Shown one piece after another: positions 47,351-60,118 of a DNA stretch of 64,000 nucleotides (position 1 is its first letter; the number at the start of each line of letters is the position of its first letter). The notes under the pieces are model-generated. The model saw nothing but the letters and a program-made list of their open reading frames with translations. It was not told the origin of the DNA and did no database searches. Made by a program: the position numbers and the translations under genes. Location of the stretch: NCBI RefSeq assembly GCF_902459465.1, contig NC_047063.1, forward strand, positions 14,012,001 through 14,076,000, written 5' to 3'. This DNA comes from Asterias rubens (taxonomy: Eukaryota).

Positions 47351-47489
47351 CTGTATCTCTTCCATCTTCCTGGTCCAGTCCTTGGCCCTCTTGAGGGCCT
47401 CGTTGAGCGCTGCTGTATTTGGGAGGAAGGCTGGTATGTTCCTGGCTTCATTGACAATGGTATCCAAGGTTGCCATAGCATGACGTGGT
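47351..47489 (-). CDS. KDM5: KDM5 PLU-1 exon (KPRHAMATLDTIVNEARNIPAFLPN..ALNEAL.RAKDW)
   Basis: PRH.....IV.EA..IPA.LPN conserved. cAG/GTAAG, phase 2-0. Not in the ORF track in this frame. Confidence 0.93.
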
Positions 47490-47736
47490 CTGGAAACAAC
47501 AGTGATGAATTAGGATGAAGCTACAGAATGGTTATACGAGCAGCATTTATGGCAAAATGTAGTTGAATAAAAACATTATGTCAAAAACATTTTATGATCT
47601 GATTTCTTTAAATACCCCCTTTGCAAAATATCATCACCAGTTTTCACAAGGCATGATATTTGGTCCCTTGAAAAAAAAGTAGGAACACATTTTTGAACAC
47701 AAGGGCTGACCTACTTGTTTACATGGTGTAGGCCTT

Positions 47737-47913
47737 CAGGCCTGATACTTCACGGAGGCAATGGAGGCGATTGCCTCCGTTGCCTTTTGCCATTGCCGTG
47801 GTGACCTTGAAATGCTCCAGTAGAAATTTACAATTTCCTCATAGGGTGCCCTTTGCCAAAGAGAAAATGCCTTGGTGCCCTTGCCCTTTCAAAAACGAAA
47901 GCATACAGGCCTG
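47737..47913. mobile_element. hAT-like MITE, CAGG..CCTG termini, 6-bp TSD GGCCTT
   Basis: GGCCTT at 47731-47736 and 47914-47919. Related copies near 22430-22570, 24140-24245, 57770-57926 and 61981-62095. Confidence 0.8.
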
Positions 47914-48290
47914 GGCCTTGGTAGACTTTTAAGGCTATTTAATGACAGTTGTTTCTTATTTTTCCAAAGGCAGCAAAATCAGACCTTAGACTAGAATTGC
48001 TGACAAAGTGACATTTTTGTCAAAAAACATAAATTTGGGCATACCTTTTGTTTTCAAACTTTGAATGTTTTAAATGATGACTTTATTTTGGTAACATTTC
48101 ACATTTTAAGTTTAAAATTTCAGATGGCTATCTTCCAATGTCCCCTTTTTTTATCTTGAAATACAGAGCACTAGCACAGTTTCCATGGAAAGAAAAATAA
48201 TAAAAACAAAGACTACTCTTAAACACCCTTCAAATTCAACATCCAGATTAAAATTAAATCATGGTATCACATGGTTGAGACGATCCTTAC

Positions 48291-48499
48291 TTGGCCTGGA
48301 GGCATATCTTGGCCTTCTCTTCCCACCGTTCGCTGACTGTGAGTAGCTCCTGTAGTTCTGCCATTGCTTTCTCTACAGCTGGATGAGGTACCAGACTAAC
48401 ACCGGAATCGATGAGCTTGCGAAGGGTGTCCAGAGTGACGTTGGTTGGGATCTGCAGAGTGGCCCGCACCTCGTCTAGCCAATGGGCCTGCGATAACTC
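48291..48499 (-). CDS. KDM5: KDM5 PLU-1 exon ([12 protein letters not shown]...[32 protein letters not shown])
   Basis: Near-identical to KDM5[25 protein letters not shown]. Phase 0-2. Confidence 0.97.
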
Positions 48500-49054
48500 C
48501 TGTGGGCCAATCATGAACAGTTAGTAGATTAATGTTATATAATTATTATCGTAGTGTAACGTGGTGTTTCTGTTCAGCAGAGTATGGGTTCATGTTTTGA
48601 GTTCCGGTCGCGACACATCAGCAAAGCAATTAACCATTATTGCTGTGTCCTTTGGATTGGGTGTCCTTTGGATGGGATGTCCGTTGGTCCCGTTGCTGTG
48701 TAATGCACGTTAAAAAAAACAGTGCATTTATCTAAAAGAGGAGGGGTTCACCCCGGTTTTCCATTTTGTACTGGTACTCGACATATGTTGGTGTTTTGTG
48801 CAATACAGCTAATAAAGTTAACTAAACTTAAACATTTAAACAGCCATATAGGAATAGATACAATGAGTAGCCTGAATAGCCTAAACACACATCAGTGTAA
48901 GTGTAAAACACAAGATTAATATAGCCTAAAATGTGGTTTCCAATAACCCTAAAAACAAGAAAAGCTACAAGATTTCCAGGTTTACCATTCACTTATACTT
49001 GCATTCAGAGAGAAACAGAGTATGCTAAAGCCACATCGACGAGCCTCTACTGAC

Positions 49055-49201
49055 CTGTTTGAGTTTGGGGATCTCTGGCAGTTCAATATCAATCCCTTTA
49101 CCAGCTTCCAGGAGTCTCTTGAGTTTGTCTGAATCAGGGATTGCATCACAGAGAGCATCTTGAGCCTCGGCCTGGAACCCTTCAACTTTCACCAGCAGAT
49201 C
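49055..49201 (-). CDS. KDM5: KDM5 PLU-1 exon (DLLVKVEGFQAEAQ...DIELPEIPKLKQ)
   Basis: ELPE.P.LKQ motif. AG/GTCAG, phase 0-0. Confidence 0.92.
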
Positions 49202-49240
49202 CTTCAACAAAAAATAACAGATAAATAAATGGAAAGATAT

Positions 49241-49476
49241 TTGACACGTTTGGTAATTGTCAAAGACCATTATTCTTACTTGCTGTATCTCAACACAAGC
49301 ACAAAAAAAAAATTAAATTGAAAATTTGAACTTAATCGATCGTCGAAGAAGCGAGAGAATAATGGAAGGGAACTCACTCTTGCTGCACAAGTGGTGTGCT
49401 TTCAGATGCCTTCAATTAGAGACCTCAGCTGAGGTCACAAATTCAAATACAAAATTTAAGAAAAAATAACTTCTTT
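49241..49476. mobile_element. TTAA MITE family A, partial copy
   Basis: ggtaattgtcaaagacca and gtgtgctttcagatgc blocks. Confidence 0.7.
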
Positions 49477-49755
49477 GCCCCGTACTGACAGGGATCAAAG
49501 GTCAAATTCACTAATTACCTTTGATTATTGTGTAAAATATACTCAATGCTTGCCATCATTGTTTCTATTATTCTCATCACTGAGGTCAGTGAGCCATTCC
49601 ACAATGTTTCTGGTCTTGTTTCAAAAAGAATATTTCACACAAAGAAGCAGTACCATACAAATAGCTAACCTTACACATGGTACAACCATATTTGTTTTTC
49701 AACTGAAGTTATGTCATTCCAACACCATTTTTCTTTTCCAAATAGGAATAGTTAC

Positions 49756-49873
49756 CTGTACTAATTCCACTTCTCTGATTTCACACGGCAAGCCCTGAAC
49801 CTGCACCATGAAGTCTTTCAGCTCTTCTAGGGTCAAACGATTCGCATACTTGGAGTCTCCTTGCTGCCGTTGC
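49756..49873 (-). CDS. KDM5: KDM5 PLU-1 exon (RQRQQGDSKYANRLTLEELKDFMVQVQGLPCEIREVELVQ)
   Basis: LT.EEL..F.....LPC motif. cAG/GTAAC, phase 2-0. Not in the ORF track. Confidence 0.88.
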
Positions 49874-50366
49874 CTGAACAAATTAATAATATCACTGCAT
49901 TAGTGTAACAATGTAACAACTTAAATCACTTACAAGGTCATATTCCATCAAACTTTCAAGACCATTCATTTCTTTATAATAATCACAAAACGCTCAGACA
50001 TTGATAATACTGGTGATTTCTTGAATCACATTTTTTTCAGTAAAAATGTCAACAAATATAACATGAAACAGAAAAATGAATCTCATGTGTTTATTGGGAT
50101 ACTATGTTTACATACTACTTTGGAAACGTTTATATCTAGACATGACCTTTACGTTAACCTTTATGTGGAATGGAAGTGGGTCAAACATTGCAGCTGTTTG
50201 CGGCCGCTATGGGCAGTTTGGTTAGGCTAGATTTCCATGTCATCATGCATAAATAATAATAAAATTAATGCAGACTGGCAAATCCATCAGTGGAGTTGGT
50301 GCAATTTACACTTTACTGAACTTTGAATGGACAAACCTAATGACTCTGTTCAAGAATATGACATAC

Positions 50367-50517
50367 CTTGTCCTATGCTTCTTGCTGACGAGCTGAGTGG
50401 CTACATTGGCACAGCGCTCCGCCTCGGTGACTGCAGATACCAACTGCTGCAGAAGTTCATTGTCAGGAAAACGTTTCTCATCGGCTTCAACGATCATCTC
50501 TTTCAGCTGGGTCACAT
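50367..50517 (-). CDS. KDM5: KDM5 PLU-1 exon (DVTQLKEMIVEADEKRFPDNELL...CANVATQLVSKK)
   Basis: Conserved PLU-1 helix. cAG/GTATG, phase 1-2. Confidence 0.93.
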
Positions 50518-51393
50518 CTGGGGAAAATCAAAACGAGCAAAGCTCAATCCAGATCAATAAGTCATTCCGAGGTATGGTTGACACTAGCCCTGGCGGCCTT
50601 ACACTTTTTATGCTACAGTTACGTCCTGGATATCAGGGTCCATTTCTAGAACGGAAAACTTTTGAAGCTTCATAACTAAAATCGAACTGCAAGAAGCCAC
50701 TAATTTCAACATATTCACATTCTTTGGCAGCATACATTTTTTATGCGGTGGATTTGGTAGTCATATACTCTTAGCAAATCCGTCATTTTCGTGAAATAAT
50801 GTAGCTCCCAATGCAGCTCTCATTTTTGATCGTTTGCAAGACGCACGACATGCATATCTTGCGATTGGTTTGCGTGTGTACGCTGTGCATTCAAGATAAG
50901 GGGACAAAGAATTACATAAATTTATGTCTTGCGTCTTGCACGAAAATATATACGCGAACACACGGCAGCAAACACACCGTGAGAATACGATCAAAAACAG
51001 AAACTAAAATCTAAAGAACCAAGCAATTACACAGTCAGGTGTATTATTAATGGACACAGGTGCTGTGACCAAACCCCAAATACACACTCAAGTGTTTTAG
51101 ACTGATTGGCCACGGTACACCATGTGTAATCAGGGCTTAGTTTCATCGAAGTAATTGGTGCTTAACAATTTCCCGATGGGTAAAACCGTGCAGGAACCCA
51201 ATTGCACACTGTACATATGATGAAAGGCATTTTTTTTGCTGTTAACTCTTTCGGAGGTTTGAGCCAATTGGTTTGAGCCTTGCATTTGTTTTTGTGATGA
51301 AGCTGCTCTATGAAATTGGGGGCCTGGAGCGTAGAGGCAATCACCCTCCAATGCCTCAAATGTATCAAACCTGGTGATGTATCAAACCTGGTG

Positions 51394-51578
51394 TTAAGGC
51401 CCGGTCCCACAGCAGAGATAACTAAAACGATAAAGATCACGACGCAAAGAGAACGAATTCTATTGGTCGAATTGCTCCGCGCAGAAATCGCACACGCTCT
51501 TTCAACCAATGGAATGCGTTCTCTTTGCGTAGTTATCGTTATCATTCTTGTTATCGCTGCAGGGGGACCGGGCCTTAA
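51394..51578. mobile_element. ~185-bp hairpin MITE (Harbinger-like, taaGGCC..GGCCtta)
   Basis: Long imperfect palindrome homologous to 54098-54282 and 61403-61588. Confidence 0.8.
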
Positions 51579-51611
51579 GTGTACTTGCTGTGGTTACTGC
51601 AGATATCTTAC

Positions 51612-51736
51612 CTAGTTTAGAGTCTTGTGTAGCATTCAGAGCGTTCTTCACCTTGTTGGCCCAGTTATCAAACGACTCTGCCCTCACCTTGAGCCGATGT
51701 AACATCGCTGGCAACTCATCCAGTGTGTAACGATAT
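51612..51736 (-). CDS. KDM5: KDM5 PLU-1 exon ([29 protein letters not shown]...)
   Basis: [21 protein letters not shown] conserved. Phase 2-1. Confidence 0.96.
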
Positions 51737-52033
51737 CTAACAAATATAAAAAAATACAACATTCCATGAATCTTACTAACCGAGTAAAACAGGGTTTTGA
51801 ATAAATGCCCCTGTACTCTGCTCCAACAGGATAAAATCAATTATTTCCCTTTTTGATTGCAAACTCTTGTTTTGTGAGTTCAAGGCTGATGTTATTTTTC
51901 TCTATTCTTTATCTTCATTTTTCTCTAATCCATAGCCTGAGTTGTATCATATCTTCGTATTTGGTGGTAACGTCATTATTTGATGTGTTCTATACTAGAG
52001 TACTAGAGGAAATGGCCCTGACCTACTACCTAC

Positions 52034-52215
52034 CTTAGGCAATGCTTAGACGGATGACATGTGCAGAGTTTGTCCGTATGATGGATGCAGACCAGCTTGT
52101 TGGGGGCACAAGGGCACGTCACACCCGAGAGGAAACAAGTCGTCTTGCAGGAATCGCACTGCCGCTCGTCATCCGGCAGGAGTTCAAATGCTTCACGTTC
52201 AGCTTCTGCAGTGCC
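52034..52215 (-). CDS. KDM5: KDM5 C5HC2 zinc-finger exon ([36 protein letters not shown]...LVCIHH...CTC)
   Basis: [23 protein letters not shown] conserved. tAG/GTAGG, phase 0-2. Not in the ORF track in this frame. Confidence 0.96.
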
Positions 52216-52456
52216 CTAAATAAACACAAAAATAAGTTTGAGCTGATCTTCTGAACATGTCTAGACATGATGATATAGTTGCTTTACTGGGCACAAGCTG
52301 AAGCTGTGGTTTTGAAAAGGGCATATGGAAATGTTACATCAACCGTTTCCCAAACATAAAATTGCAACAGTTAATTGAAGTTTTCAACCAATTTTTGTGA
52401 TAAACAAAGAACCCCCATGTTTCATAAAGTAAACCCCATGGAACTCCTATACTTAC

Positions 52457-52651
52457 CCTCTCCAGTAACTGCTTGCGTAATTTCTTCTCTTTCTCAACCA
52501 TGACCAGCATCTCCTTGTGGACTGCGGCAGCCAGGTTGAGGTCCAGACTGTCCGGGTCGGCTGCCATCTTACAGACCAACTCCTCATGGGAGAAGACGCA
52601 GAATCGTTGCAGTCTACGGTAATGCTCGATGCATGAACGGCCACTAGGTAG
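52457..52651 (-). CDS. KDM5: KDM5 helical exon ([33 protein letters not shown]...)
   Basis: Conserved [21 protein letters not shown]. cAG/GTAAG. Confidence 0.97.
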
Positions 52652-52800
52652 CTGCACAAACAGATCAGATAAACAAAATTATTTGATTTGATTTGAAATG
52701 GTTTCTTAACGCTGACAGAGTTTAAAAACATTAAAACACATTCATTATACATACACAAAATCATACAGTAAATACAGTGTAGTGTCATACAGTGTTCCTA

Positions 52801-52992
<192 letters not shown>

Positions 52993-53102
52993 CTACAGAT
53001 TAAAAAGAAAAATACTTAAGAGACAGCCATGAAATCTATAGAGTAAGGTATATTATGACCAACAGATACAAGAACAGAGCAATCCCCTACTTAATGGACC
53101 TC

Positions 53103-53473
53103 TTAATGGCACTGGACACTATTGGTAATTACTCAAAATAATTATTAGCATAAAAAAACTTATTTGGTAGTGAGCAATTGTGAGAGCTGTTGGTAGTATA
53201 AAACATTGTGAGCAACGGCTCCTTCTGAAACTAACAAAGAGGTAATTTCTCGCTCTTATAACAAAAGACTTCAGGCCTGAAGCCTTTTATTATGCATCTA
53301 AAAGTACACAAATCTGTGCAACAAGGGTGTTTTTTCCTTCATCATTCTCTTGCAACTTTGATGACCAATTGAGCCAACATTTTTCACAGGTTTGTTATTT
53401 TATGCATATGTTGGGATACACCAAGTGAGAAGACTGGTCTTTGACAATTACAGAAGGTGTCCAGTGCCTTTAA
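53103..53473. mobile_element. TTAA MITE family A, copy abutting a JmjC exon donor
   Basis: Family TIRs. TTAA 53470-53473 starts at donor position +6. Confidence 0.85.
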
Positions 53474-53478
53474 CTCAC

Positions 53479-53641
53479 CGGAACATCATTCTTCATGAGG
53501 ATGGTTGGTGATAGGATGGTGACAAGCTGTTGCAGTAGATCAGGCTGGGCATCAAAGAGCTCTGGTGCCTGCTCCTTCATCACTTGCTCAAATTGATCGG
53601 CGGACTTGCCAGGGACGCCGTACCACGTCTTTGGTTCACCC
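53479..53641 (-). CDS. KDM5: KDM5 JmjC exon (GEPKTWYGVPG...PELFDAQPDLLQQLVTILSPTILMKNDVP)
   Basis: GEPKTWYGVP motif. tAG/GTGAG, phase 2-0. Confidence 0.97.
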
Positions 53642-54097
53642 CTAATTAAAGTCAATAAGGAAAGAGTAAAGTTAATAAGATTTGAGTGACACCACGTGCG
53701 TGAATCTCTCTCGTGTGACTTGGTTTTCTTTTCAGAACCACCACTAATTAGACAGATTCATGTACATGGTGTCCCAGTAAACCTTAACAAAAACACAATT
53801 TTCTCCGTGGCAATAGACATAGAACAAATGGAGGACTTTTGGGATGCTAAATAGCATTAGTTTACCAGGTAAATCCATTGTTCTCAGTTATGTGTGCATA
53901 CTTAGAACTACGTAAACAAGTCTGCTCCACCCAGTGTTCCGAAGTCTCCCATTATAAAAAGGTAGTTCTGACCACGAAGCAAGACACAACATTTTTACAG
54001 GTTGATTATTTTGGAAAGGTTTTTGCGAGGCGACAGTCCACTATTCTGTTCAGACCACTGTTCGGTCAATGAACTGCTGATTTGACAATGACTAGAC

Positions 54098-54282
54098 TTA
54101 AGGCCGAGTCACACTGCAGCGATAACAAAAACGATAACGATCACGACGCAAAGAGAACGCATTCTATTGGTTGAATTGCTCAACGCAGAATACGCACACG
54201 CTCATACAAACAATAGAATGCGTTCTCTTTGCGTCGTGATCATTATCGTTTTCGTTATCGCTGCAGTGTGACTCGGCCTTAA
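54098..54282. mobile_element. Near-perfect ~185-bp hairpin MITE
   Basis: ttaaggccgagtcacactgcagcgataac..gttatcgctgcagtgtgactcggccttaa, ~80-bp arms with few mismatches. Confidence 0.88.
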
Positions 54283-54489
54283 GTATTGCTGTCTAGTTAT
54301 TGAATCCCAATTTACTGATATGCACAATTTATCATCAACAGAGTATGAAAGTTACTCCCAGCAGTTGAAACAGGAGATCGACCCTGTTTAGGTAAAACAA
54401 TGTAAGTAATTTCTTTATAGTTTAGATAAAGCCTTTTCCCAGTAAAGTGATGGTGCTCTTTCTGACTCTGAAAATCTCAAGTCATCTTA

Positions 54490-54693
<204 letters not shown>

Positions 54694-55435
54694 CTAGGAT
54701 TGAGTCACTAGTCAGGTGTACAAACACTAGTAACAAGCATGATACTTGTGAAAAAGGTGGAACATTTTATTAAGTACAAGGGCTGATCTACATGTACCTA
54801 CACATGGAATAGGCTTAAGAAGACTTTTCGGGCTATTTAATCATATTTTTCCTGTTTTTTTTCCTCAACAAGCCCTAGGGCAAAACAAATCAGACTGAAG
54901 TAGGAAGAACATCATGCCTGTAATTAGCGCTGAGGGCTAGTCAAACAAGCAGCCAGGTGGACAATTCAGACTACAGCATCCTGATGGTTTTAACCATTTT
55001 ACTTTTACATGAACATACAAGTATTCTACATGCGCAAAATGGTGTATTTAAAATTCAGGCTTCCCATGGGATTTAAAAAAAAAAAAAAAATTGCTATCAA
55101 TTACTCATTTTAAAATAAGAGATCATAGCCTTATTTTAAAGAAAATAAGCTACCTGATACTCATACAATTTTTCAAAAGCAGGTTCACACACTACAAAGA
55201 GCCGTCATTCCCAAACCACAAATGTAAAATGCTATTAAAAGATTCCATTTCAAAAAGAAGAGGAAATATATTTTATGAAGATGTTAATTTTTTGTTTTCT
55301 GTTCAGGGCTAATTCTTATATATAGTGCAATTTCTTTCCCAGCCGAGTAAAATGCCTGTACTGAGTATACAGTGCTAACACACATCGGTGTACTAGGGTA
55401 AAACCAAAAATGTTTTCAGAGTGATAATTTCATAC

Positions 55436-55591
55436 CATATCTTCCTCTCCGATGGTCTTGCTTCTCTTGTTAGGGAAGGCACTGCCGTGATCCAAAGAGT
55501 GGATGTCAGCCCCGTATGCCACCTTCACGTCTTCATCAATTGCCATCACTAATCGCCAGAACTCCTTCTCAATCGTCTCTGGAGGTACCAT
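55436..55591 (-). CDS. KDM5: KDM5 exon ([15 protein letters not shown]...YGADIHS..HGSAFP...)
   Basis: EKEFWRLV and YGADIHS motifs. cAG/GTATG. Confidence 0.96.
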
Positions 55592-55699
55592 CTGAAATGA
55601 GAAGAGGGAATTACTTGGTGGGCCAAGTTCCAAAGCAAAGTAGAATTTTGCCTAATGAGAGTATAATTAGGTGAGGTTTACGGTAGTACCATGTGAAAA

Positions 55700-56010
55700 T
55701 CTCTTTGAGTAGTGCTGGTTCTGACAACTCTATGTTCTATGCTTATGGGGTGACAGGTCTCTTTCGTCAGCCACGCCACACATCTGGAACTCTCTACCAC
55801 TTAATCTTCGATCTTGTCTTTGTACCGCAAAATTCAAGTCTCTTCTCAAAACTTATCTTATGTCACAGGTTTTCAATGACTAATTTTGTTGTGCCTGTTT
55901 TCCTTTGTGCTGTGTTTTGTTATTGTTTTGTTTTTGGTTTTACTGCGCCTTGAACACCTGCAGGGTGGATAAGTGCGCATTACAAGTCTTATTACTATTA
56001 TTATTATCTC
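55700..56010 (+). mobile_element. L2 LINE 3' end (WGDRSLSSATPHIWNSLPLNLRSCLCTAKFKSLLKTYL...*) with 3'UTR and (att)n tail
   Basis: L2 C-terminal motif, then tgcgccttgaac..gcgcattacaagtc and a tattattat tail. Confidence 0.88.
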
Positions 56011-56218
56011 AACTTTTCAATCAGCATGCTCTAATTGGTCTTCAGGAGAATGAAGACCCAATGTTGATTCAGGCTGCCTAATAGGACCTAAAGACAGTCC
56101 TCCTTTACGGATGTGAAACTTGGACCCTCATGAAGTCCATGTCCTATTCCCTTGATGGCTGCCACACTTGTGGAAAAAAAACCTGGTCTCTTGAGACGGG
56201 ATAGGATAAGACACTTAC

Positions 56219-56338
56219 GTGAACAGGCATAGAGAAGTAGTCTCTCTTGAACTGGTCTGCCATCTCTCCAAACGATTGCAGTGTGTACTGCTTCAATGCA
56301 GACTCAAAACCAAAGGCTTCTGTTGGCTTCTTACATTC
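56219..56338 (-). CDS. KDM5: KDM5 exon ([40 protein letters not shown])
   Basis: EAFGFE...YTL..FGEMAD.FK.DYF.MPVH conserved. cAG/GTAAG. Confidence 0.96.
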
Positions 56339-56917
56339 CTGCAACCACCAAAGAACCACAGTGAGAAACGGATTTACAAAATTTGATTCATGTGGTCAAG
56401 ATAAACATTTGTTATAACTTTAGAGTTTAAAGGTACTATACAGGATTGGCAAGTTTAAAAAACGTAGTTGTTTAACTATAGACAATGTGACCTATGTTTA
56501 CATTCAAATCGCCCTCTGTTGATAAAACACTGTATACGTCATTCGCCGGGCAAAAAGACGCTAAGTCATGGTAAGATTGCATACACTTTTTAGCTAGCTG
56601 CCAAAACACCAAGGTTTTGCCCGGCGGTATGCGCGCGAATCATGTTATGGTTTTCGAGGGACGTCAGAGGTCACATCGTCTATAGTCTGAAAGGTTTGAG
56701 TCAACACTAAATAACAAGCCATAAACAATTTTTCATGTACAGCAGAGCAAAATGCTACATAACATGTATCAGTTACAACTCAAAAATCATCATATTGCTA
56801 CTCAATATTAGCAGTTAGTGTGTACAAAAAATCATCAGTCCAAACATTTTGCTGTGCAAAATTGCTTGAGGAAATCGTTCCCTGACAACCATACTTTTTT
56901 ACGAATTAAGTTTAATA

Positions 56918-57300
56918 AATTGGTTTTTACCCATACACCAATGTGTGTTAGCAAGGAATACTCAGTACTTTCCCTGAGTCCCGTGAAAAAAATATCACAG
57001 GCACATTACTCGGGTGGGATTCGAACCCCGACAACCATACTATTTTACTAATTAAGTTTGTTAATTTGGGTTTTTACCCATACACTGATGTGTGCATTAG
57101 CACTGTATACTCAGTACTTCCCCCCCCCCCCCCCCCCGAGTTCTGTGTAAAAAATATCACAGGCATATTACTCGGGTGGGATTCAACCCCACGACATTTG
57201 CAATTCTAGAGCAGTGTCTTACCAACTAGACTACCGAGATTGCCCGGTAGCTAGAGGCAGTTCAAATCCTATGCTTTGGCAGCAGGTACCGCAACGATAT
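56918..57300 (-). mobile_element. tRNA-derived SINE, two tandem copies (one partial)
   Basis: Minus strand A-box tagtctagttgg and B-box ggttcgaatcc/gggttgaatcc. Same family at 55338-55408, 62672-62880 and 62907-63000. Confidence 0.8.
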
Positions 57301-57331
57301 AAGAGATGAGAATTAAGTTTGATTGACAGAC

Positions 57332-57490
57332 CTGTACTAGGCATCTTGGGCATCTCCAATCCCCCTTTGGCACTTCAAAGAGAGGAGGGATAAGACAGAA
57401 TGTATGGAAGCTGTCATCACATCCATCACACAGTAACAAGCACTCCTCTGCATCACCACGCCCGCATCCACGGCACACGTAGTTCTCAAT
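57332..57490 (-). CDS. KDM5: KDM5 PHD1 exon ([53 protein letters not shown])
   Basis: C4HC3 PHD nearly identical to KDM5A PHD1. tAG acceptor, weak GTCTGT donor. Confidence 0.96.
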
Positions 57491-58080
57491 CTACAAGAAA
57501 ACAAACACCAAACTTTTTTGTGTTACAAGCAGTCACTTACAAGTATTACACAGAAGCTACTGCTTCCATTGCCCTGGTCTTGAATTTGGTGCCCATTCAA
57601 AAAGAAATAATGACATTTGTATTTCTGAACTCTGTTTCTCATCACCAAGCTTTTCAAAACTTGAAAACTCTTGTGTGCTCAACAGAACAAAACAAACCCT
57701 AAGTTATTGATTTAACACTGAAACATTAAGCTTGATACTTAAGAGCAGCAACCTCTAAATGGAAAACTTTAGGCCTGGAATTACATGGAGGCAATGGCCT
57801 TGGTTACTCTGGTCTTGACCTTGGTGCCCCTTCAAAGGTTTCCCACTAACTTAAAGATTTTCCAATGGAAGTACCCTTTGCAAAATGAAAATGGTGTTGC
57901 CCTCTCGAACATGAAATTCCGACCTGGTACTTAACTCAACTCCAAAAGAAATAATTGCAATGACATTTCTTTATTCAGTTTCCTGTCACCAAGATTTTTC
58001 ACAACTTCCAAAAAATAATTCTGATTAGCAGTGGTACTTCCTCTTAAAAACCCAGTCAGATTCTACTACTAAGTACTCAC

Positions 58081-58229
58081 AAAGCTTGCACTGAGGACAT
58101 TGGAACGATCTCGCATCGTCATAGAAGATCCAGCAGACTTGTCATCCAGTTTCCTTGGGGAGGATCTCTTAATTTTAGACTCCTCTTCCTTGGATTCTTC
58201 TTTCAAAGGCTTAGCTTTGACATCTTCCT
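58081..58229 (-). CDS. KDM5: KDM5 linker exon (EEDVKAKPLKEE...SNVLSASF)
   Basis: Open frame with phase 1-0 bridging to PHD1. AG/GTGAG. Confidence 0.82.
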
Positions 58230-58980
58230 CTTTAAGAATGCAATCTTAAGCAAGATCAAAAGAGCACCAAGATAAGTTGAAAGACTTTGAAGTTATGCAT
58301 GATGGATGGACGGTGTCATAAGTTCAATACATGTGGTTCATCTCACTATAATTCAACCTTTCTCAATGACGTCATTATTTCTATATAAAGACAGGAAGTC
58401 TGTCATGCGCTAGTGATACACATATGTTCCAACCATAGCCATAGTGCCATCCAGTATTGTGCTTTGCAACACATAAATTTTGTTGTATGGTTTAAAGCGC
58501 CATGGAATTTTACTTATTGACATTTCACTTGTAAACAAAAAAAATACATGCGAGGATAATGGATGATATTTGATGAATTTGAAAATTCGTAAAAAATTAC
58601 TTCTGGCTTGCGGTACGCTTTACTCTAGACCAAGAACCTGCCAACATTCATTGTGCTAACATGGCTACAGAGTATTATTTCGTCCAGCCTCAGTTTGGTT
58701 ACAATGAGCTGGAATGGAGTAAAATCAAGATGGGCACACCGTTATAATGTTCTATACAGGAGTTTTACAGAGTATCAAAATACAGGACTACAGGTTGAAA
58801 TAAAATTTGGACTATTTCTTTCTCCTTTTAGTGACTGCTTTTCTTCCTTCAAGAAAATTTGAAGAAGAAAAAAAAGGATCTCCAACCATAAAATGGATGG
58901 AAATATGGGGAAATGAGGGGAAAGCCAGCAATGAGGGGAAAGCCAGCATGGAAGGGTTCTTGAAATGCGTATAATCTCAC

Positions 58981-59095
58981 CTTGTTTCTTATCACTACCT
59001 GCTACCAAACCAAGACCCTGGAACTTAGGACCTGGTCCGTACAGCTGAAGTTTCTTCAACTCAGGATTATTGCTGAAGTCTATGTTCAAAGGATC
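58981..59095 (-). CDS. KDM5: KDM5 exon (DPLNIDFSNNPELKKLQLYGPGPKFQGLGLVAGSDKKQ)
   Basis: Conserved NPELKKLQ.YG.GPK..GLGL motif. cAG/GTGAG, phase 0-1. Confidence 0.93.
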
Positions 59096-59256
59096 CTGCA
59101 TTCGAATACAATCAAAAACGCACTGTTGAAATGAATGATGAAAACTCAGGTATAATTTTGACATGGTGATCGTTTTTTTTCCGTTTTTTTTCTTCTGGCC
59201 AGCACAGTTGAACTGAATACATGAACACCAACACTTATATTTAAATGTTTCATGGA

Positions 59257-59380
59257 CAGGGGTGGGAGTCAATGCTGACATAAAAGTCTGAAATTTTTAT
59301 TTGCCAAGCAGATTTAATAAACGTGTATTGAATTGAATAAAGTCTGAATTAAGATAAGAGTCTGAAATTTCTCATCCCTG
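59257..59380. mobile_element. Small CAGGG..CCCTG MITE with 6-bp near-TSD (catgga/tatgga)
   Basis: TIR caggggtggga / tctcatccctg, internal agtctgaaatt repeats. Confidence 0.6.
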
Positions 59381-59756
59381 TATGGACATTATCTAGCAGT
59401 GATTTGATCAGTTCATTTGTAATTGAAAGTTTGTGTGCTCAAGTACATTTCTTTCATTAAGCGTGTAATGAACGTTTGTTTCCATCAGAACTATAAGCGA
59501 GAATACAAACATGAAAACAAGTATGTGTGACTAAATAGGCCTACAAGTTTTCAGTAAGTAAAGTTCTTCCATACTTCACAAAGAACATCAAATTTTCAAT
59601 CACTTAATCTTTCCATCTTTTCCAAAAATAGGGATAACCCCATTTCATGACAGAATGTCTTGTTTGTATACAGCAATACTTCAACAAAAAGATTGGCGCA
59701 AACTCCCTTATTACAACCCTCAATGCATTACTTCTTTGCACTAACTACAAATCCTT

Positions 59757-60118
59757 TTAAAGACACTGGACACTATTGGTAATTGTCAAAGACCAGTCTT
59801 CTCACTTGGAGTATCTCAACATATGCATAAAATAACAAACCTGTGAAAACTAGAACTCAATTGGTCGTTGAAGTTGTGAGATAACTATGAAAGAAAAAAC
59901 ACCCTTGTCACACGAAGTTGTGTGCTTTCAGATGCTTGATTTCGATGATTGATCTAACTCGTGGAAAATTACTTCTTTCTCCAAAACTACGTTACTTCGG
60001 AGGGAGCCGATTCTCACAATGTTTTATACTATCAACATCTCCCCATTACTCGTTACCAAGTAAAGTATTATGCTAATAATTATTTTGAGTAATAACCAAT
60101 AGTGTCCACTGCCTTTAA
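59757..60118. mobile_element. TTAA MITE family A, copy 8
   Basis: TTAA both ends, family TIRs. Confidence 0.88.

Noticed and set aside
57150-57245. tRNA gene
   Set aside because: A- and B-boxes are present but the anticodon and acceptor stems do not pair, and it occurs in several truncated copies, so it is a SINE head.
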